NCBI GenBank assembly: GCA_030390025.1
Contig: CM059438.1
Coordinates: forward strand, 57,972,001 to 58,036,000
From: Squalus acanthias
Lineage: Eukaryota
Length of the DNA: 64,000 nucleotides
Direction: 5' to 3'
The notes under the pieces are model-generated. The model had not been told where the DNA came from. It was given only the letters and a program-made list of their open reading frames with translations, and did not search any database. Position 1 is the stretch's first letter. Every line of letters starts with the position of its first letter. Shown here one piece after another: positions 22,258 through 35,614 of the stretch. Both the position numbers and the translations under genes were made by a program.

Positions 22258-25195
22258 TGTTGCAGGGGGTTGGGAACCTGAGCAGGGAGACAGAGGAAAG
22301 CATGTCAGGAAGGGACAGAAGGTATGGAGTAAAAGGTAAAGTGTTAAATAAGGAAAAAGCAGGAAGTAAGTGTCGCAAAACACATTTGAAAGTTCTTTAT
22401 CTGAATGCACGTAGCATTCGTAACAAAATTGACGAGTTAACGGCACAAATAACTATGTATGGGTATGATCTAGTGGCCATTACAGAAACATGGCTGCAGG
22501 GTGACAACGTCTGGGAATTAAATATGCCAGGGTATTTAACAATCAGGAAGGACGGGCAGGAAGGAAGGGGAGGGGGGGTGGCTATGTTAATAAAGGAAGG
22601 AATCACTGTAATACAGAGAAATGATATTGGGTCAAAAGATCAGGATAATGAAACAGTTTGGGTAGAGATAAGGAATAATAAGGGGAAAAAAACACTGGTG
22701 GGTGTAGTATATAGGCCTCCTAATAGTTGCAACTCTGTTGGAAGAAGTATTAATCAGGAAATAGTTGGGGCATGTAATAAGGGAACAGCTATAATTATGG
22801 GGGATTTTAACTATCATATTAACTGGACAAATCAAATTGGGCAGGGCAGCCTTGAGGAAGAGTTTATTGAGTGTCTTAGGGATGGATTTCTTGAGCAGTA
22901 TGTAACTGATCCTACAAGGGGGCAAGCAACCTTGGACCTGGTACTGTGTAATGAGTCTGGATTAATTAATAATGTCCTAGTTAAGGATCCCCTTGGAATG
23001 AGTGACCATAACATGGTTGAATTCCATATCCAATTAGAGGGTGAGAAGGTTGGTTCTCAAACAAGCATACTGAGCTTGAATAAAGGAGACTATGATGGCA
23101 TGAGAGCAGAATTGATTAAAGTGGACTGGGAAAATAGATTAAAGGGTAAGACGGTACATGAGCAGTGGTGTTCATTCAAGGAGTTATTTTACAACTTTCA
23201 AAATAAATATATTCCAATGAGGAAAAAAGGGTGTAAAAGAAATGACAGCCATCCATGGCTAAGTAAAGAAATTAAAGAAAGTATCCAACTAAAAACAAGG
23301 ACATATAAGGTAGCCAAAGTTAGTGGGAGGATAGAAGACTGGGAAGTCTTCAAAAGACAACAAAAAGTAACTAAAGGATTGATTAAGAAAGGGAAAATAG
23401 ACTATGAAAATAAATTAGCAAAAAATATAAAAACAGATAGCAAGAGTTTCTATAGTTATATAAAAAGAAAAAGGGTGGTTAAGGCAAACGTAGGTCCCTT
23501 AGAGGATGAGACCGGGAAATTAATGGTGGGAAACATGGAGATGGCAAAAATGCTGAACAAATATTTTGTTTCAGTCTTTACGGTAGAAGACACTAAGAAT
23601 ATCCCAACACTGGACAAACAGGCGGCTCTAGTGGGGGAGGAGCTAAATACGATTAAAATCACTAAGGAATTGGTACTCAGTAAAATAATGGGACTCAAGG
23701 CGGATAAATCCCCTGGACCTGATGGCTTACATCCTAGGGTCTTGAGGGAAGTGGCAGTAGGAATTGTGGTGCTTTGGTAATAATTTTCCAAAACTCCCTG
23801 AACTCAGCAAAGGTCCCGGCAGATTGGAAAATTGCTAATGTAACACCCTTATTTAAAAAGGGTTGTAGGCAGAAGGCTGGAAATTATAGACCAGTTAGCC
23901 TAACATCTGTGGTGGGTAAAATTTTGGAGTCTATTATTAAGGAGACAGTAACGGAACATTTAGATAAACATAATTTAATAGGACAAAGTCAGCATGGCTT
24001 TATGAAGGGGAAGTCATGTCTGACAAATTTGCTCGAGTTCTTTGAGGACATAACGTACAGGGTGGATAAAGGGGAACCAGTGGATGTGGTGTATTTAGAC
24101 TTCCAGAAGGCATTCGACAAGGTGCCACATAAAAGATTATTACTCAAGATAAAAAATTACTGGATTGGGGGTAATATTCTGGCATGGGTGGAGGATTGGT
24201 TATCTAACAGGAAGCAGAGAGTTGGGATAAATGGTTCATTCTCGGACTGGCAACCAGTAGCCAGTGGTGTTCCGCAGGGGTCGGTGCTGGGTCCCCAACT
24301 CTTTACAATCTATATTAACGATTTGGAGGAGGGGACCGAGTGTAACATATCAAAGTTTGCAGATGATACAAAGATGGGAGGGAAAGTAGAGAGTGAGGAG
24401 GACATAAAAAACCTACAGGGGGATATAGACAGGCTGGGTGAGTGGGCAAAGATTTGGCAGATGCAATACAATATTGGAAAATGTGAGGTTATGCACTTTG
24501 GCAGGAAAAATCAGAGAGCAAGTTATTATCTTAATGGCGAGAAACTGGAAAGTACTGCAGTACAAAGGGATCTGGGGGTCTTGGTGCAAGAAAATCAAAA
24601 AGTTAGTATGCAGGTGCAGCAGGTGATCAAGAAAGCCAATGGAATGTTGGCTTTTATTGCTAGGGGGATAGAATATAAAAACAGGGAGGTATTGCTGCAG
24701 TTGTATAGGGTATTGGTGAGACCGCACCTGGAGTACTGCATACAGTTTTGGTGTCCATACTTAAGAAAAGACATACTTGCTCTCGAGGCAGTACAAAGAA
24801 GGTTCACTCGGTTAATTCCGGGGATGAGGGGGTGGACATACGAGGAGAGGTTGAGTAGATTGGGACTCTACTCATTGGAGTTCAGAAGAATGAGAGGCGA
24901 TCTTATTGAAACATATAAGATTGTGAAGGGGCTTGATCGGGTGGACGCGGTGAGGATGTTCCCAATGATGGGTGAAACTAGAACTAGGGGACATAATCTT
25001 AGAATAAGGGGCTCCTCTTTCAAAACTGAGATTAGGAGAAACTTTTTCACTCAGAGGGTAGTGGGTCTGTGGAATTTGCTACCCCAGGAAGCTGTGGAAG
25101 CTACTTCATTAAATAAATTTAAAACAGAAATAGACCGTTTCCTAGAAGTAAAGGGAATCAGGGGTTACGGGGAGCGGGCTGGAAATTGGACATGA
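22248..25195 (+). pseudogene. CR1 ORF2p (APE endonuclease plus RT), one 1-bp frameshift at about 23770
   Basis: YLNARS, ITETW, MGDFN, SDHN; PQGSVLGP, FADD. Confidence 0.95.
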
Positions 25196-25387
25196 GTTTG
25201 AGTTCGGATCAGTCAAGACCCTGTGGGTGGCGGAGCGGGCCCAGGGGCCGAGTGGCCTGGTCCTGCTCCTACTTCTTGTGTTCTTTAGAGTTGAGGTTGG
25301 ATCAGATCAGCCATGATCTCATTGAATGGCGGAGCAGGCTCGAGGGGCCGATTGGTCTACTCCTGCTCCTATTTCTTATGTTCTTAT

Positions 25388-25633
25388 ATCCCACCCTATC
25401 CCCGTAACCCCACATATTTAATCCCCCTAACACTAAGGGTCAATTTATCATAGCCAAATCAACCTAACCCGCACATCTTTGGACTGTGGGAGGAAACCGG
25501 AGCACCCGGAGGAAACCCACGCAGACACGGCGAGAATGTGCAAACTCCACACAGACAGTCACCCGAGGCCGGATTCGAACCCGGGTCCCTGGCACTGTGA
25601 GGCAACAGTGCTAACCACTATGCCACCGTGTTG
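25388..25633 (-). mobile_element. HE1-like V-SINE (head and V domain)
   Basis: Minus strand TGGCATAGTGG A-box, GGTTCGAATCC B-box, TGGGTTTCCTCCGGGTGCTCCGGTTTCCTCCCAC V domain. Confidence 0.9.
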
Positions 25634-26024
25634 CACAAACAAATAATACCACTCCCTAAACCATACCATTAACTCTGAGTTTCATTTACTAGCTTAAACT
25701 GTATAAAACACAACAAAATTGTAACAGTTCATTCCTGTCACTCAAAGTATTTAGATTTTTCCTGTCACTCGTGGCTCACACTTGTTATTTGTAAACTTTC
25801 TATATTGGTATGTCACTGTACTCTGGGTATTGTAGTTCAACAGGAGAAAGGTGAAAATTGCAACTTCCACAATGCTTCTGTCACACACACTGAATTATTC
25901 CACAGTAATTGTCTCATGACATGGCTGTTGTGGTACACTCTGGCTATTGTCAGCCTGGACTCAGTCGTAGCACTCTCGACTCTCAGTCAGAAAGTATGGG
26001 TTAAGAATTAGGAGCAGGAGTAGG

Positions 26025-27735
26025 CCCTACGGCTCCGCCATTCAATAAGATCATGGCTGATCTTCGACCTTAACTCCACTTTCCTGCCCAATCTCCATAT
26101 CCCTCGATTCCCCTAGAGTCCAAAAATCTATCTATCTTGAATATACTCAACGATTCAGCATACACAGCCCTTTGGGGTAGAGAATTCCAAAGATTCACAA
26201 CCCTTTAAGTGAAGAAATTCCTCCTCATATGAGTCTTAAATGGCCGACCCCTTATCGTGAGACTGCCCAATATTCTAGACTCTCCAGCCAGGGGAAACAG
26301 CCTCTCAGCTTCTACCCTGTCAATCCCCCTTGGAATCTTATATGTTTCAATGAGATCACCTCTCATTCTTCTAATCTCCAGAGAGTATAGGCCCAATCTA
26401 CTCAATCTCTCCTCATAGGACATACCTCTCATCCCAGGAATCAATCAAGTGAACCTTCATTGCACCGCCTCTATGGCAAGTATATCCTTCCTCAGATAAG
26501 GAGACCAAATCTGTGCACAGTACTCCAGGTGTGGTCTCACCAAGGCCCTGTACAATTGTAGCAAGACTTCCTTACTCGTGTACTTCAACCCCCTTGCAAT
26601 AAAGGCCAACATGCCATTTGCTTTCCTAATTGCTTGCTGTACCTGCGTGCTAACTCTCTGTGTATCCTGTACAAGGACACCTAAATCTCTCTGAACACCA
26701 ACATTTAACAGTTTCTCACCATTTAAAAAATATTCTACTTTTTTATCCTTCCTACCAAAGTGAATAACCTCACATTTCCCCACATTACACTTGGACCCTT
26801 CATCTAAGTCATTAACATAGATTGTAAATAGCTGAGGCCCAAACACTGATCCTTGCGACACCCCACTAGTTACAGCCTGCCAACCTGAAAATGACCCGTT
26901 TATCCCTACTCTGTTTTCTGTCTGTTAACCAATCATCTATCCATGCAAATATATTATCTCCGACCCCATGAGCCCTTATCTTGCGTAACAACCTTTTATT
27001 TGGCACCTTATTGAATTCCTTTTAGAAATCCAAATACACTACATTCCCCTTTATCTACGCTGCTAGTTACATCCTCAAAAAACTTTAATAAATTTGTTAA
27101 ACATGATTTCCCTTTCATAAAACCATGTTGACTCTGTCTAATCATATTATGATTTTCTAAATGCCCTGTTACCACTTCCTTAACAATGGATTCCAGTGTT
27201 TGCCCAATGACTGATATCAGGCTAACTGACCTGTAGTTCCGTTTTCTCTATCCCTCCTTTCTTGAATAGTGGGGTTACATTTGCTACCTTTTAATCCACT
27301 GGGACCATTCTAGAATGTAGGGAATTTTGGAAGATCACAACTAATGCATCCACTATCTCCGCAGCCACCTCTTTTAGAACCCTAGGATGTAGGCCATCAG
27401 GTCCAGGGGATTTGTCAGCTTTTAGACCCATTAGTTTCTCAAGTACTTTTTCTCTACTGATCTTAAATACTTTAAGTTCCTCGCTCTCATTAGCCCCTTG
27501 GTTCCCCACTATTTCTGGTCTGCTTTTTGTGTCTTCTGCTGTGAAGACAGATACAAAATATTTGTTTAAAGTCTCTGCCATTTCGTTATTCCCCATTATA
27601 ATATCTCCTGTCTCAGCCCCGAAGGGACCAACGCTTACTTTTGCCACTCTCTTCCTTTTTACATACCTGTAGAATCTCTTACAATTTTTAAAAATGTTAC
27701 TTGCTAGTTTACTCTCATATTCTATTTTCTCCTTT
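26025..27735 (-). mobile_element. 5'-truncated degraded CR1
   Basis: ORF2 fragments KSPGPDGLHPRVLKE, RPHLEYC; 3' tail. Confidence 0.92.
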
Positions 27736-28313
27736 TTTACCCTCATCACCCCTGTTCTATGTTGGTTACCCATCCCAAATGCCCTTGACTTTGAAATCCT
27801 TGTCCTCACTTTCAATTCTCTACATAGCTCCTCCTCCCTACTTCTGCAATGTTACAAGTCACACAATCTTCCTTTTTCTGCAGTGAATTTTTTCCACTTT
27901 CAGCTGTCATGCCCGTACACTCTGAAATTCTCTTTCCAAGCCCTTCCTGTTTGCTATATTTCTCTCTGCCTTCAACAGCTCTTCTCCTTTATTCTCTCCC
28001 TATTCCTGCTTGGGTGTCAATTAAAGTGCCTTTGATGTCCCGGGGTAGATTTAACTTGTGCCACCCGGCATAAACGAGGCAATAACAATGGTAAAATAGC
28101 TTTACAGCACTTACTGCCTCATTTACACCGGCAAACAAGCTTCCAGCATCCTGAGTGGGGCCTTACGCTGGACGGCCAGTGCGCCTGTCTGTTTCATGCA
28201 GTATTCCCTTTTACGATGCAAAGGAGGGTCCCATGACATAATACAACTCTGATTGCCATTTTGGGAGAGAACTTGAAGTGTCCACACTCCATAAAGTTTT
28301 ACTCAGCAATACA

Positions 28314-30225
28314 GCTGAAGGGGAAAATAGAATATGAAAGTAAGCTTGCTGGGAACATAAAAACTGACTGTAAGAGCTTTTATAGATATGTGAAGAGAAA
28401 AAGATTAGTGAAATCAAGTGTAGGTCCCTTGCAGTCAGAAGCGGGGGAAGTTATAATGGGGAACAAAGAAATGGCAGACCAATTAAATGCATATTTTGGT
28501 TCTGTCTTCACAAAGGAGGACACAAATAACTTCCCAGAGATGTTGGAGAACATACGGTCTGATGAAAGGGAGGAACTGAAAGAAATCAGTATTTGCAGGG
28601 AAATGGTGTTAGGGAAATTGACGGGATTGAAGGCCGATAAATCCCCAGGGCCTGATAATCTACATCCTAGGGTACTTAAGGAAGTGGCCCTAGAAATAGT
28701 AGATGCATTGCTGATCATCTTCCAACATTCGATGGAATCTGGAACTGTACCCATGGATTGGAGGGTAGCTAATGTTACCCGACTATTCAAAAAGGGTGGT
28801 AGAGAGAAAGCGGGGAATTACAGACCGGTAAGCCTGACATCGGTATTGGGGAAAATGCTAGAGTCCATTATAAAGGATGTAATAGCTGAGCACTTGAAAA
28901 ACAGTGACAGGATCGGACAAAGTCAACATGGATTTACAAAAGGTAAATCGTGCTTGACTAATCTACTGGAATTTTTTGAGGATGTAACCGGGAAAATAGA
29001 TAAGGGAGAACCAGTAGATGTGGTGTATTTGGACTTTCAAAAGGCTTTCGATAAGGTCCCGCATAAGAGATTAGAGTGTAAAGTTAAGGCACATGGGATT
29101 GGGGGCAAGGTATTGACTTGGATAGAGAACTGGTTGGCGGACAGAAAGCAGAGAGTAGGAATTAATGGGTCTTTTTCCGAGTGGCAAGCAGTGACTAGTG
29201 GGGTACCGCAGAGATCGGTCCTTGGACCCCAGCTATTCACAATATACATTAATGATCTGGATAAGGGAACTAAATGTAATATCTCCAAGTTTGCAGATGA
29301 CACAAAGCTGGGTGGGAGTGTGTGCTGCGAGGAGGATACTGAGAAACTCCAGGATGATTTGGACAGGTTGGGTGAGTGGGCAGAAGCGTGGCAGATGCAA
29401 TGTAACGTGGATAAGTGCGAGGTTATCCACTTTGGTGTCAAAAACAGAAAGGCAGACTATTATCTGAATGGCAATAGATTGGGAGAAGGGGAAGTGCAAC
29501 GAGACCTAGGTGTCCTTGTGCACCAGTCGCTGAAAGTAAGCATGCAGGTGCAGCAGGCGGTGAAGGCAAATGGTATGTTGGCCTTCATAGCGAAAGGGTT
29601 TGAGTATAGGAACAGGGATGTCCTGCTGCAGTTGTACAGGGCCTTGGTGGGACCACACCTTGAATACTGTGTGCAGTTTTGGTCGCCTTATCTGAGGAAG
29701 GATGTTCTTGCCATGGAGGGAGTTCAGCGAAGATTCACAAGGCTGATACCTGGGATGGCAGGAATGACATATGAGGAGAGATTGGGTCGATTGGGCTTAT
29801 ACTCGCTGGAGTATAGAAGAATGAGAGGGGATCTCATCGAAACATATAAAATTCTGACAGGTCTGGACAAACTAGATGCAGGAAGAATGTTCCTGATGGT
29901 CGGAGAGTCCAGAACCAGGGGTCATAATCTAAGGATAACGGGTAAGCCATTTAGGACAGAAATGAGGAGGAATTTCTTCACCCAGAGAGTGGTGAACCTG
30001 TGGAATTCTCTACCACAGAAGGTAGTTGAGGCCAAGTCATTAAATATATTCAAGAATGAGTTAGATATATTTCTTAAAGCTAAAGGTATCAAGGGATATG
30101 GGGAGAAGGCAGGTACAGGGTACTGAGTTTGGATGATCAGCCATGATCTCATCGAATGGCGGAGCAGGCTCGAGGGGCCGAATGGCCTACTCCTGCTCCT
30201 ATCTTCTATGTTTCTATGTTTCTAT
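28314..30225 (+). mobile_element. 5'-truncated CR1 with uninterrupted RT reading frame (to 30126)
   Basis: About 600 aa of ORF2 with FADD; (tttctatg)n tail. Confidence 0.95.
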
Positions 30226-30287
30226 AAAGGTAAGTTTTCAATTATTTTTGTGGGGTTAAATACAAGTTATACATAAATGATTTAGAT

Positions 30288-32898
30288 CAGGGGTGTCAAA
30301 CTCATTCTATATGGTGGGGCTGATCCTGGCTCTTGGCGTGGACCACATTCAGCAAAAGTTATTTCGATACACTGAGGTAAAAATTGGCATGCATTTCACC
30401 TGTTTTGGGGGGGCAAAACGGACGCAGTAAAAGGAAGTATGAAAAGAAACTTGCAAGGGATATCAAAATCAATACGAAGAATTTTTACAGTTACATTAGG
30501 AAAGAGGGTGGTCAAGAGCAATGTTGGCCCCCTTAAAAACTGAAAGTGGTGATATTGTAAATGACAATGGAGAAATGGCGGACATTTTGAATAATTACTT
30601 TGCGTCAGTATTTACAGTAGAAGAGGATAGCATGCCGGAAATCCCAAGGAAACTAATATTGAATCGGGGACAGGGACTCAATAAAATTAACGTAAGTAAA
30701 TGAACAGTAATGAAGAAAATAATGGCACTAAAGAGTGGCAAATCCCCAGGACTAGATGGTTTCCATCCCAGGAGTTTAAAGGAAGTAGGTGAGCACATTG
30801 CAGATACCCTAACTATAATCTTCCAAAGTTCTCTAGATTCAGGAACCGTCCCTTTAGATTGGAAAATTGCACATGTCACTCCACTTTTTAAGAATGACGA
30901 GAGAGGGAAACCAGGGAATTATAGACCAGTTAGCCTAACATCTGTTGTCGGGAAATTGCTAGAGTCTATAATTAAGGATAGTGTGACTGAACACCTCGAA
31001 AATTTTCAGTTGATCAGAGAGAGCCAGCATGGATTTGTGAACGGTAGGTCCTGCGTGACAAACCTGATTGAATTTTTTGAAGAGATGATTAAAGTAGTGG
31101 ACAGGGGAATGTCTATAGATGTTATTTATATGGACTTCCAGAAGGCATTTGATAAAGTCCCACATGAGAGACTGTTAGCTAAGGTAGAAGCCCACGGATT
31201 TGAGGGCAAATTATTGACCTGGTTAGGAAATTGGCTGAGCGGCAGGAGACAGAGAGTAGGGATAATGGGTTGGCATTCAAATTGGCAGGATGTGACTAGT
31301 GGTGTACCACAGGGATTTGTGTTGGTGTCTCAACTATTCACAATATTTATTAACGACTTGGATGGCATAGAAAGTCATATATCCAAATTTGCCGATGACA
31401 CAAAGATAGGCGGCAGTGTAGATGAAAGCATAAAATTACAAAGAGATATTGATAGATTAAGTGAATGGGCAAAACTGTGGCAAATGGATTTCAATGTAAG
31501 CAAATGTGAGGTCATCCATTTTGGACCTAAAAAGGATAGAACAGGGTACTTTCTAAATGGTGAAAAGCTAAAATCAATGGATGTCCAAAGAGACTTGGGA
31601 GATCAAGTACATAGATCATTAAAATGTCAACAACAGGTACAGAAAATAATCAAAAAGGCTAATGGAATGCTGGCCTTTATATCTAGAGGACTAGAGTACA
31701 ATGGGGTAGAAGATATGCTGCAGCTGTAAAAAACCCTGGTTAGACCACACCTGGAGTACTGTGAGTAGTTCTGGGCACCACACCTTAGGAAGGATATATT
31801 GGCCTTGGAGGGGGTACAGCATAGGTTTACCAGAATGATACCCGGACGTCAAGGGTTAAGTTACGATTACACAAATTAGGGTTGTATTCCCTAGAATTTA
31901 GAAGGTTAAGGGGTGATCTGATCGAAGTTTTCAGGATATTAAGGGGAACAGATAGGGTAGATAGAGAGAAACTATTTCCGCTGGTTGGGGATTCTAGGAC
32001 TAGGGAGCATAGTCTAAAAATTAGAGCCAGACCTTTCAGGTGGCGTGCAGCCTCTGATTAGCTTTTTCAGTTCTACTGCGGCTGAACAGTGGTCTTTAAA
32101 GGGACCGCTGGAGGCCAGTGAAGAAACGGTAGGGAAAGAGTGCCTTTCCCGGCTCCACAGCACAACTGTAGGTCGTTGTAGACACGCACTCAGCCCTCCT
32201 CCATTTTCCTCCGCCCACCTCCCAAGACTTACCAGCACTGTAGCAGATCTAAATTTGATTCCCAACATCAGATGAGCTGTCCCTCACCCTCTCCCTCTCA
32301 ATCCTCCCGCCCCGATTCCAATCTCTCGACTCCCTTTCAGGTCCCAATCACACCTCCCCTTCACCCAAGTCCCAATCTCCCAAACTCTCCCTCCCCCCCA
32401 CTCCTCGATACCCAAACTCCCGAACCACCCTTTCCCCGAGACCCAATCTCCAGAACCCCATCCCCGAGTACCAATCTTCCAAACTCTCCCTCCCCAAGTC
32501 CCAATCTCCGGAACCACCACCACCACCCCGCCTCTGCCCCCGCCCCACCGCGTCACAATCTCCCCAAACTATTTCCCCGGTCCAAATCTCCCGAACCCTA
32601 TTCCTCGTTCACCCTCTTCCAGTCAAGCCCAGCCCAACCCCACACCACTCCCCTCCACTCACCGTCCCATTTCTGGTAGCTCCTGAGAACCTATTGTCTG
32701 TTTGTGGAGGTGGATGTGGGTGATGTCACGGAGCAAGGGGGTGCTGTTGTAGCACAAAATGTAAAAGGCGCAGTTCTCCCAAGCTGTTACAAGCAATGCC
32801 AGGGAGATTTGGCAATCCTAAGCACAGGACACTGCGGGCCAGATGAAACTGTTTTGCAGGCCAGATGTGGCCCACGTGACATATTTTTGGGACTCCTG
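30288..32898. mobile_element. hAT/Charlie-type non-autonomous element with nested insertions
   Basis: caggggtgtcaaac / tttgggactcctg; 8-bp flanks atttagat / atttaaat. Confidence 0.65.
30432..32040 (+). mobile_element. Degraded CR1 ORF2 fragment
   Basis: NYRPVSLTSVVGK, FADD, stops and frameshifts. Confidence 0.92.
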
Positions 32899-33244
32899 AT
32901 TTAAATTATCTCTGAGGTTGGTCTGAAAAATTACAGATGAAACTTAGCATTAATAAATGTAAAGTAGTGTACATTGGTACAAGAATGAGCATTGTCAGGA
33001 TAAAATGAATAAGATTGAATTGAACCTCAAGCTAGTCAGGAGACCTCTTCAGAATGAAGCCTCTATACCTACTCCTAGTAGTACATAATTTGGGAGTAGC
33101 ACACAAAGACGACCCTGGCACACTAGTACACATAGCATAGGGGAAGCAGAGCAGCAGATCACATTAAACACAACTATATATTCAATATTACCAAATTAAA
33201 CCATAAACTTTCTAGTCATTGGTTTCTTTCCAAATTAATATTTT

Positions 33245-34535
33245 TCAGATAACAGTCACTTGGAAAAGTGTGGATTAATTAAGGAAAGCCAGCACAGATT
33301 TGTTAAAGGCAAATCGTGTTTAACTAACTTGATCGAGTTTTTTGATGAGGTAACAGAGGGTTGATGAGGGCAATGCGGTTGACGTGGTGTACATGGACTT
33401 CCAAAAGGCGTTTGATAAAGTGCCACATAATAGGTTTGTCAGCAAAGCTGAAGCCCATGGAATAAAAGGGACAGTGGCAGCATGGATAGGAAATTGGCTA
33501 AGTGACAGGAAACAAAGAGTAGTGGTGAACGGTTATTTTTCGGACTGGAGGAAGGTATATAGTGGTGTTCCCAGGGGTCGGTACTAGGACCACTGCTTTT
33601 CTTGATATATATTAATGACTTGGACTTGGGTGTACAAGGCACAATTTCAAAAATTGCAGATGACACAAAACTTGGAAGTATAGTGAACAGTGAGGAGGAT
33701 AGTGATAGACTTCAAGAAGACATAGACAGACTAATGGAATGGGCAGACACGTGGCAGATGAAATTTAACGCAGAAAAGTGCGAAGTGATACATTTTGGTA
33801 GGAAGAACTAGGAGAGGCAATTTAAACTAAAGGGTACAATTCTAAAGGGGGTGCAGGAACAGAGAGACCTGGGGATATATGTGCACAAATCGTTGAAGGT
33901 GGCAGGGTAGGTTGAGAAAGCGGTGAAAAAAGCATAAGGGATCCTGGGCTTCATGAATAGAGGCATAGCGTACAAAAGCAAGGAAGTTATGATGAACCTT
34001 TATAAAATTCTGGGCACCGCACTTGAGGTAGGATGTGAAGGCCTTGGAGAGGGTGCAGGAAAGATTTACAAGAATGATTCCAGGGATGGGGGACTTCAGT
34101 TACATGGATTGACTAGAGAAGCTGGGGTTGTTCTCCTTAGAGCAGAGAAGGTTGAGAGGAGGTTTGATAGAGGTGTTCAAAATCATGAGGGGCCTAGACA
34201 GAGTAGATAGAGAGAAACTGTTCCCAATGACGGAAGGGTCGAGAACCAGAGGACACAGATTTAAGGTGATTGGCAAAAGAACCAAAGGCAACATGAGGAA
34301 AAACGTTTTTACGCAGCGAGTGGTGAGGATCTGGAATGCACTGCCTGAACGGGTGGTGGAGGCAGACTCAATCGTGGCTTTCAAAAGGGAATTGGATAAA
34401 TACCTGAAGGAAAAAAATTGCAGAGCTACGGGAAAAGGGCGGGGGAGTGGTATTAGCTTGCAGAGAGCCAGCACAGGCTCGACGGGCTGAATGGCCTCCT
34501 TCTGTGCTGTAACCATTCAATGATTCTATTCTACA
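33245..34535 (+). mobile_element. Degraded 5'-truncated CR1
   Basis: YMDFQKAFDKVPH, IADD, 3' tail. Confidence 0.92.
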
Positions 34536-34944
34536 GCATAGAATGTAATATTTTATGGAAAATAGCATGCAATTATATGTCAAGGAAGGCCTCAAGGGAA
34601 CACTCCTCAATCAGAGCTTGACAAACCTATGCTAATTTTAAATCATTCTCTCCCATCCATGGTTTGTTGTTGTTCACCATAAACAAACGGGTGGATGCCT
34701 CATTCCTTGGCTATGTTACACAGCATGCAGCACTATTCTTCCAGGGCGTATTGCAGAGCAGTCATGGTGTGATCCAAACAACAGAACAGTTGATTCAGCA
34801 TTTGAAGTGTGTTTGTGTTGATGGTTTCCAAAGTGTGGGTCTCACACAGCTGGTAGCAATCCCAATATAAACCTGGCAGAAATAACAACAGAAAACGCTG
34901 GAAAAACTCAGCAGGCCAGGCAGCATCCGTGGAGAGAGAAACAG

Positions 34945-34981
34945 AGTTAACGTTTCAGGTCGAAGACCTTTCGTCAGAACT
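34945..34981 (-). ncRNA. Minimal type I hammerhead ribozyme motif (left arm)
   Basis: Exact reverse complement of 35000-35036. Confidence 0.7.
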
Positions 34982-34999
34982 GGAAAAAAGCAGGAAACC

Positions 35000-35036
35000 A
35001 GTTCTGACGAAAGGTCTTCGACCTGAAACGTTAACT
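35000..35036 (+). ncRNA. Minimal type I hammerhead ribozyme motif (right arm)
   Basis: agtt-CTGACGA-a-AGGTC ttc GACCT-GAAA-CGTT-aact: core boxes, stem II, stem I agtt/aact, palindromic ACGT stem III. Confidence 0.7.
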
Positions 35037-35614
35037 CTGTTTCTCTCTCCACGGATGCTGCCTGGCCTGCTGAGTTTTTCCAGCGTTTTCTGTTGTTATT
35101 TCGGATTTCCAGCATCCGCAGTATTTTGCTATCGTAAACCTGGCAGATTTGCTATAACGAGTCTTCCTGGATGCTGGCCTTAGTGAATCCGGCAGTTTGC
35201 ACTAGTGTTGCTGCTGGCTATGCAAACCCACTCTTTGGGAAACATCAGCATAAGCAAGCCATTGACATAAATATAAAAGCAGCCTAAATGTCTGCTCAGT
35301 GAGATTCTTGCCTCTTACATGTGCTTTGTTATACTTTCTTTGTTCCGGGCAATCAACATCTCAGGAGACAACTTTTGTTATAAATGGAAAACTCATAATT
35401 CCCTTAGGATACAGGGTTCATGAGTTCCCTGGAAACCCTGAATGAACCTGCATATTTCTTTGGCAGTCGTCACAGACCATTTGAAAATTCATAGACTGGT
35501 ATCTTTTGCTGTTGCCGGAGGTACTGCACAAGAGAGTATTGGATACCCACAAGTTGGAAAATCATTCCCTACATTGTTGATTGTAAGATCTCCAAAAGTA
35601 ATCAATGCAGCATG

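Larger units (their letters stand above)
19316..25387 (+). mobile_element. Full-length, near-intact CR1 LINE
   Basis: 5' monomer arrays, intact ORF1, ORF2 with one frameshift, 3' stem-loop and tandem tail. Confidence 0.95.
34881..35134. mobile_element. Penelope-terminus foldback insertion, 103-bp perfect inverted repeat, 13-bp TSD
   Basis: Arms 34881-34983 and 34998-35100; taaacctggcaga at 34868 and 35135; homologous to 38486-38590. Confidence 0.9.
34645..35190 (-). pseudogene. Highly decayed Harbinger transposase C-terminus (target of the foldback insertion)
   Basis: FCCLDHTMTALQYALEE*CCMLCNIA resembles RFRCLD..LQY..CCMLHN. Confidence 0.55.

Noticed and set aside
22255..22259. TAATG stop-start coupling as the ORF2 mechanism
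   Set aside because: The ATG is not conserved in the second copy (GTA); kept only as an alternative for this copy
25821..25838. ZNF143-like motif ACTACAATACCCAGA on minus strand
   Set aside because: Isolated motif in AT-rich intron with no other promoter features
28261..30126. 621-aa ORF as a domesticated RT gene
   Set aside because: Ordinary young 5'-truncated CR1 with tail; the N-terminus is flanking DNA with a TTG start
32272..32679. Proline-rich ORF
   Set aside because: C-rich low-complexity sequence inside a transposon
34795..35183. Mirror-image ORFs on both strands
   Set aside because: Artefact of the perfect inverted repeat
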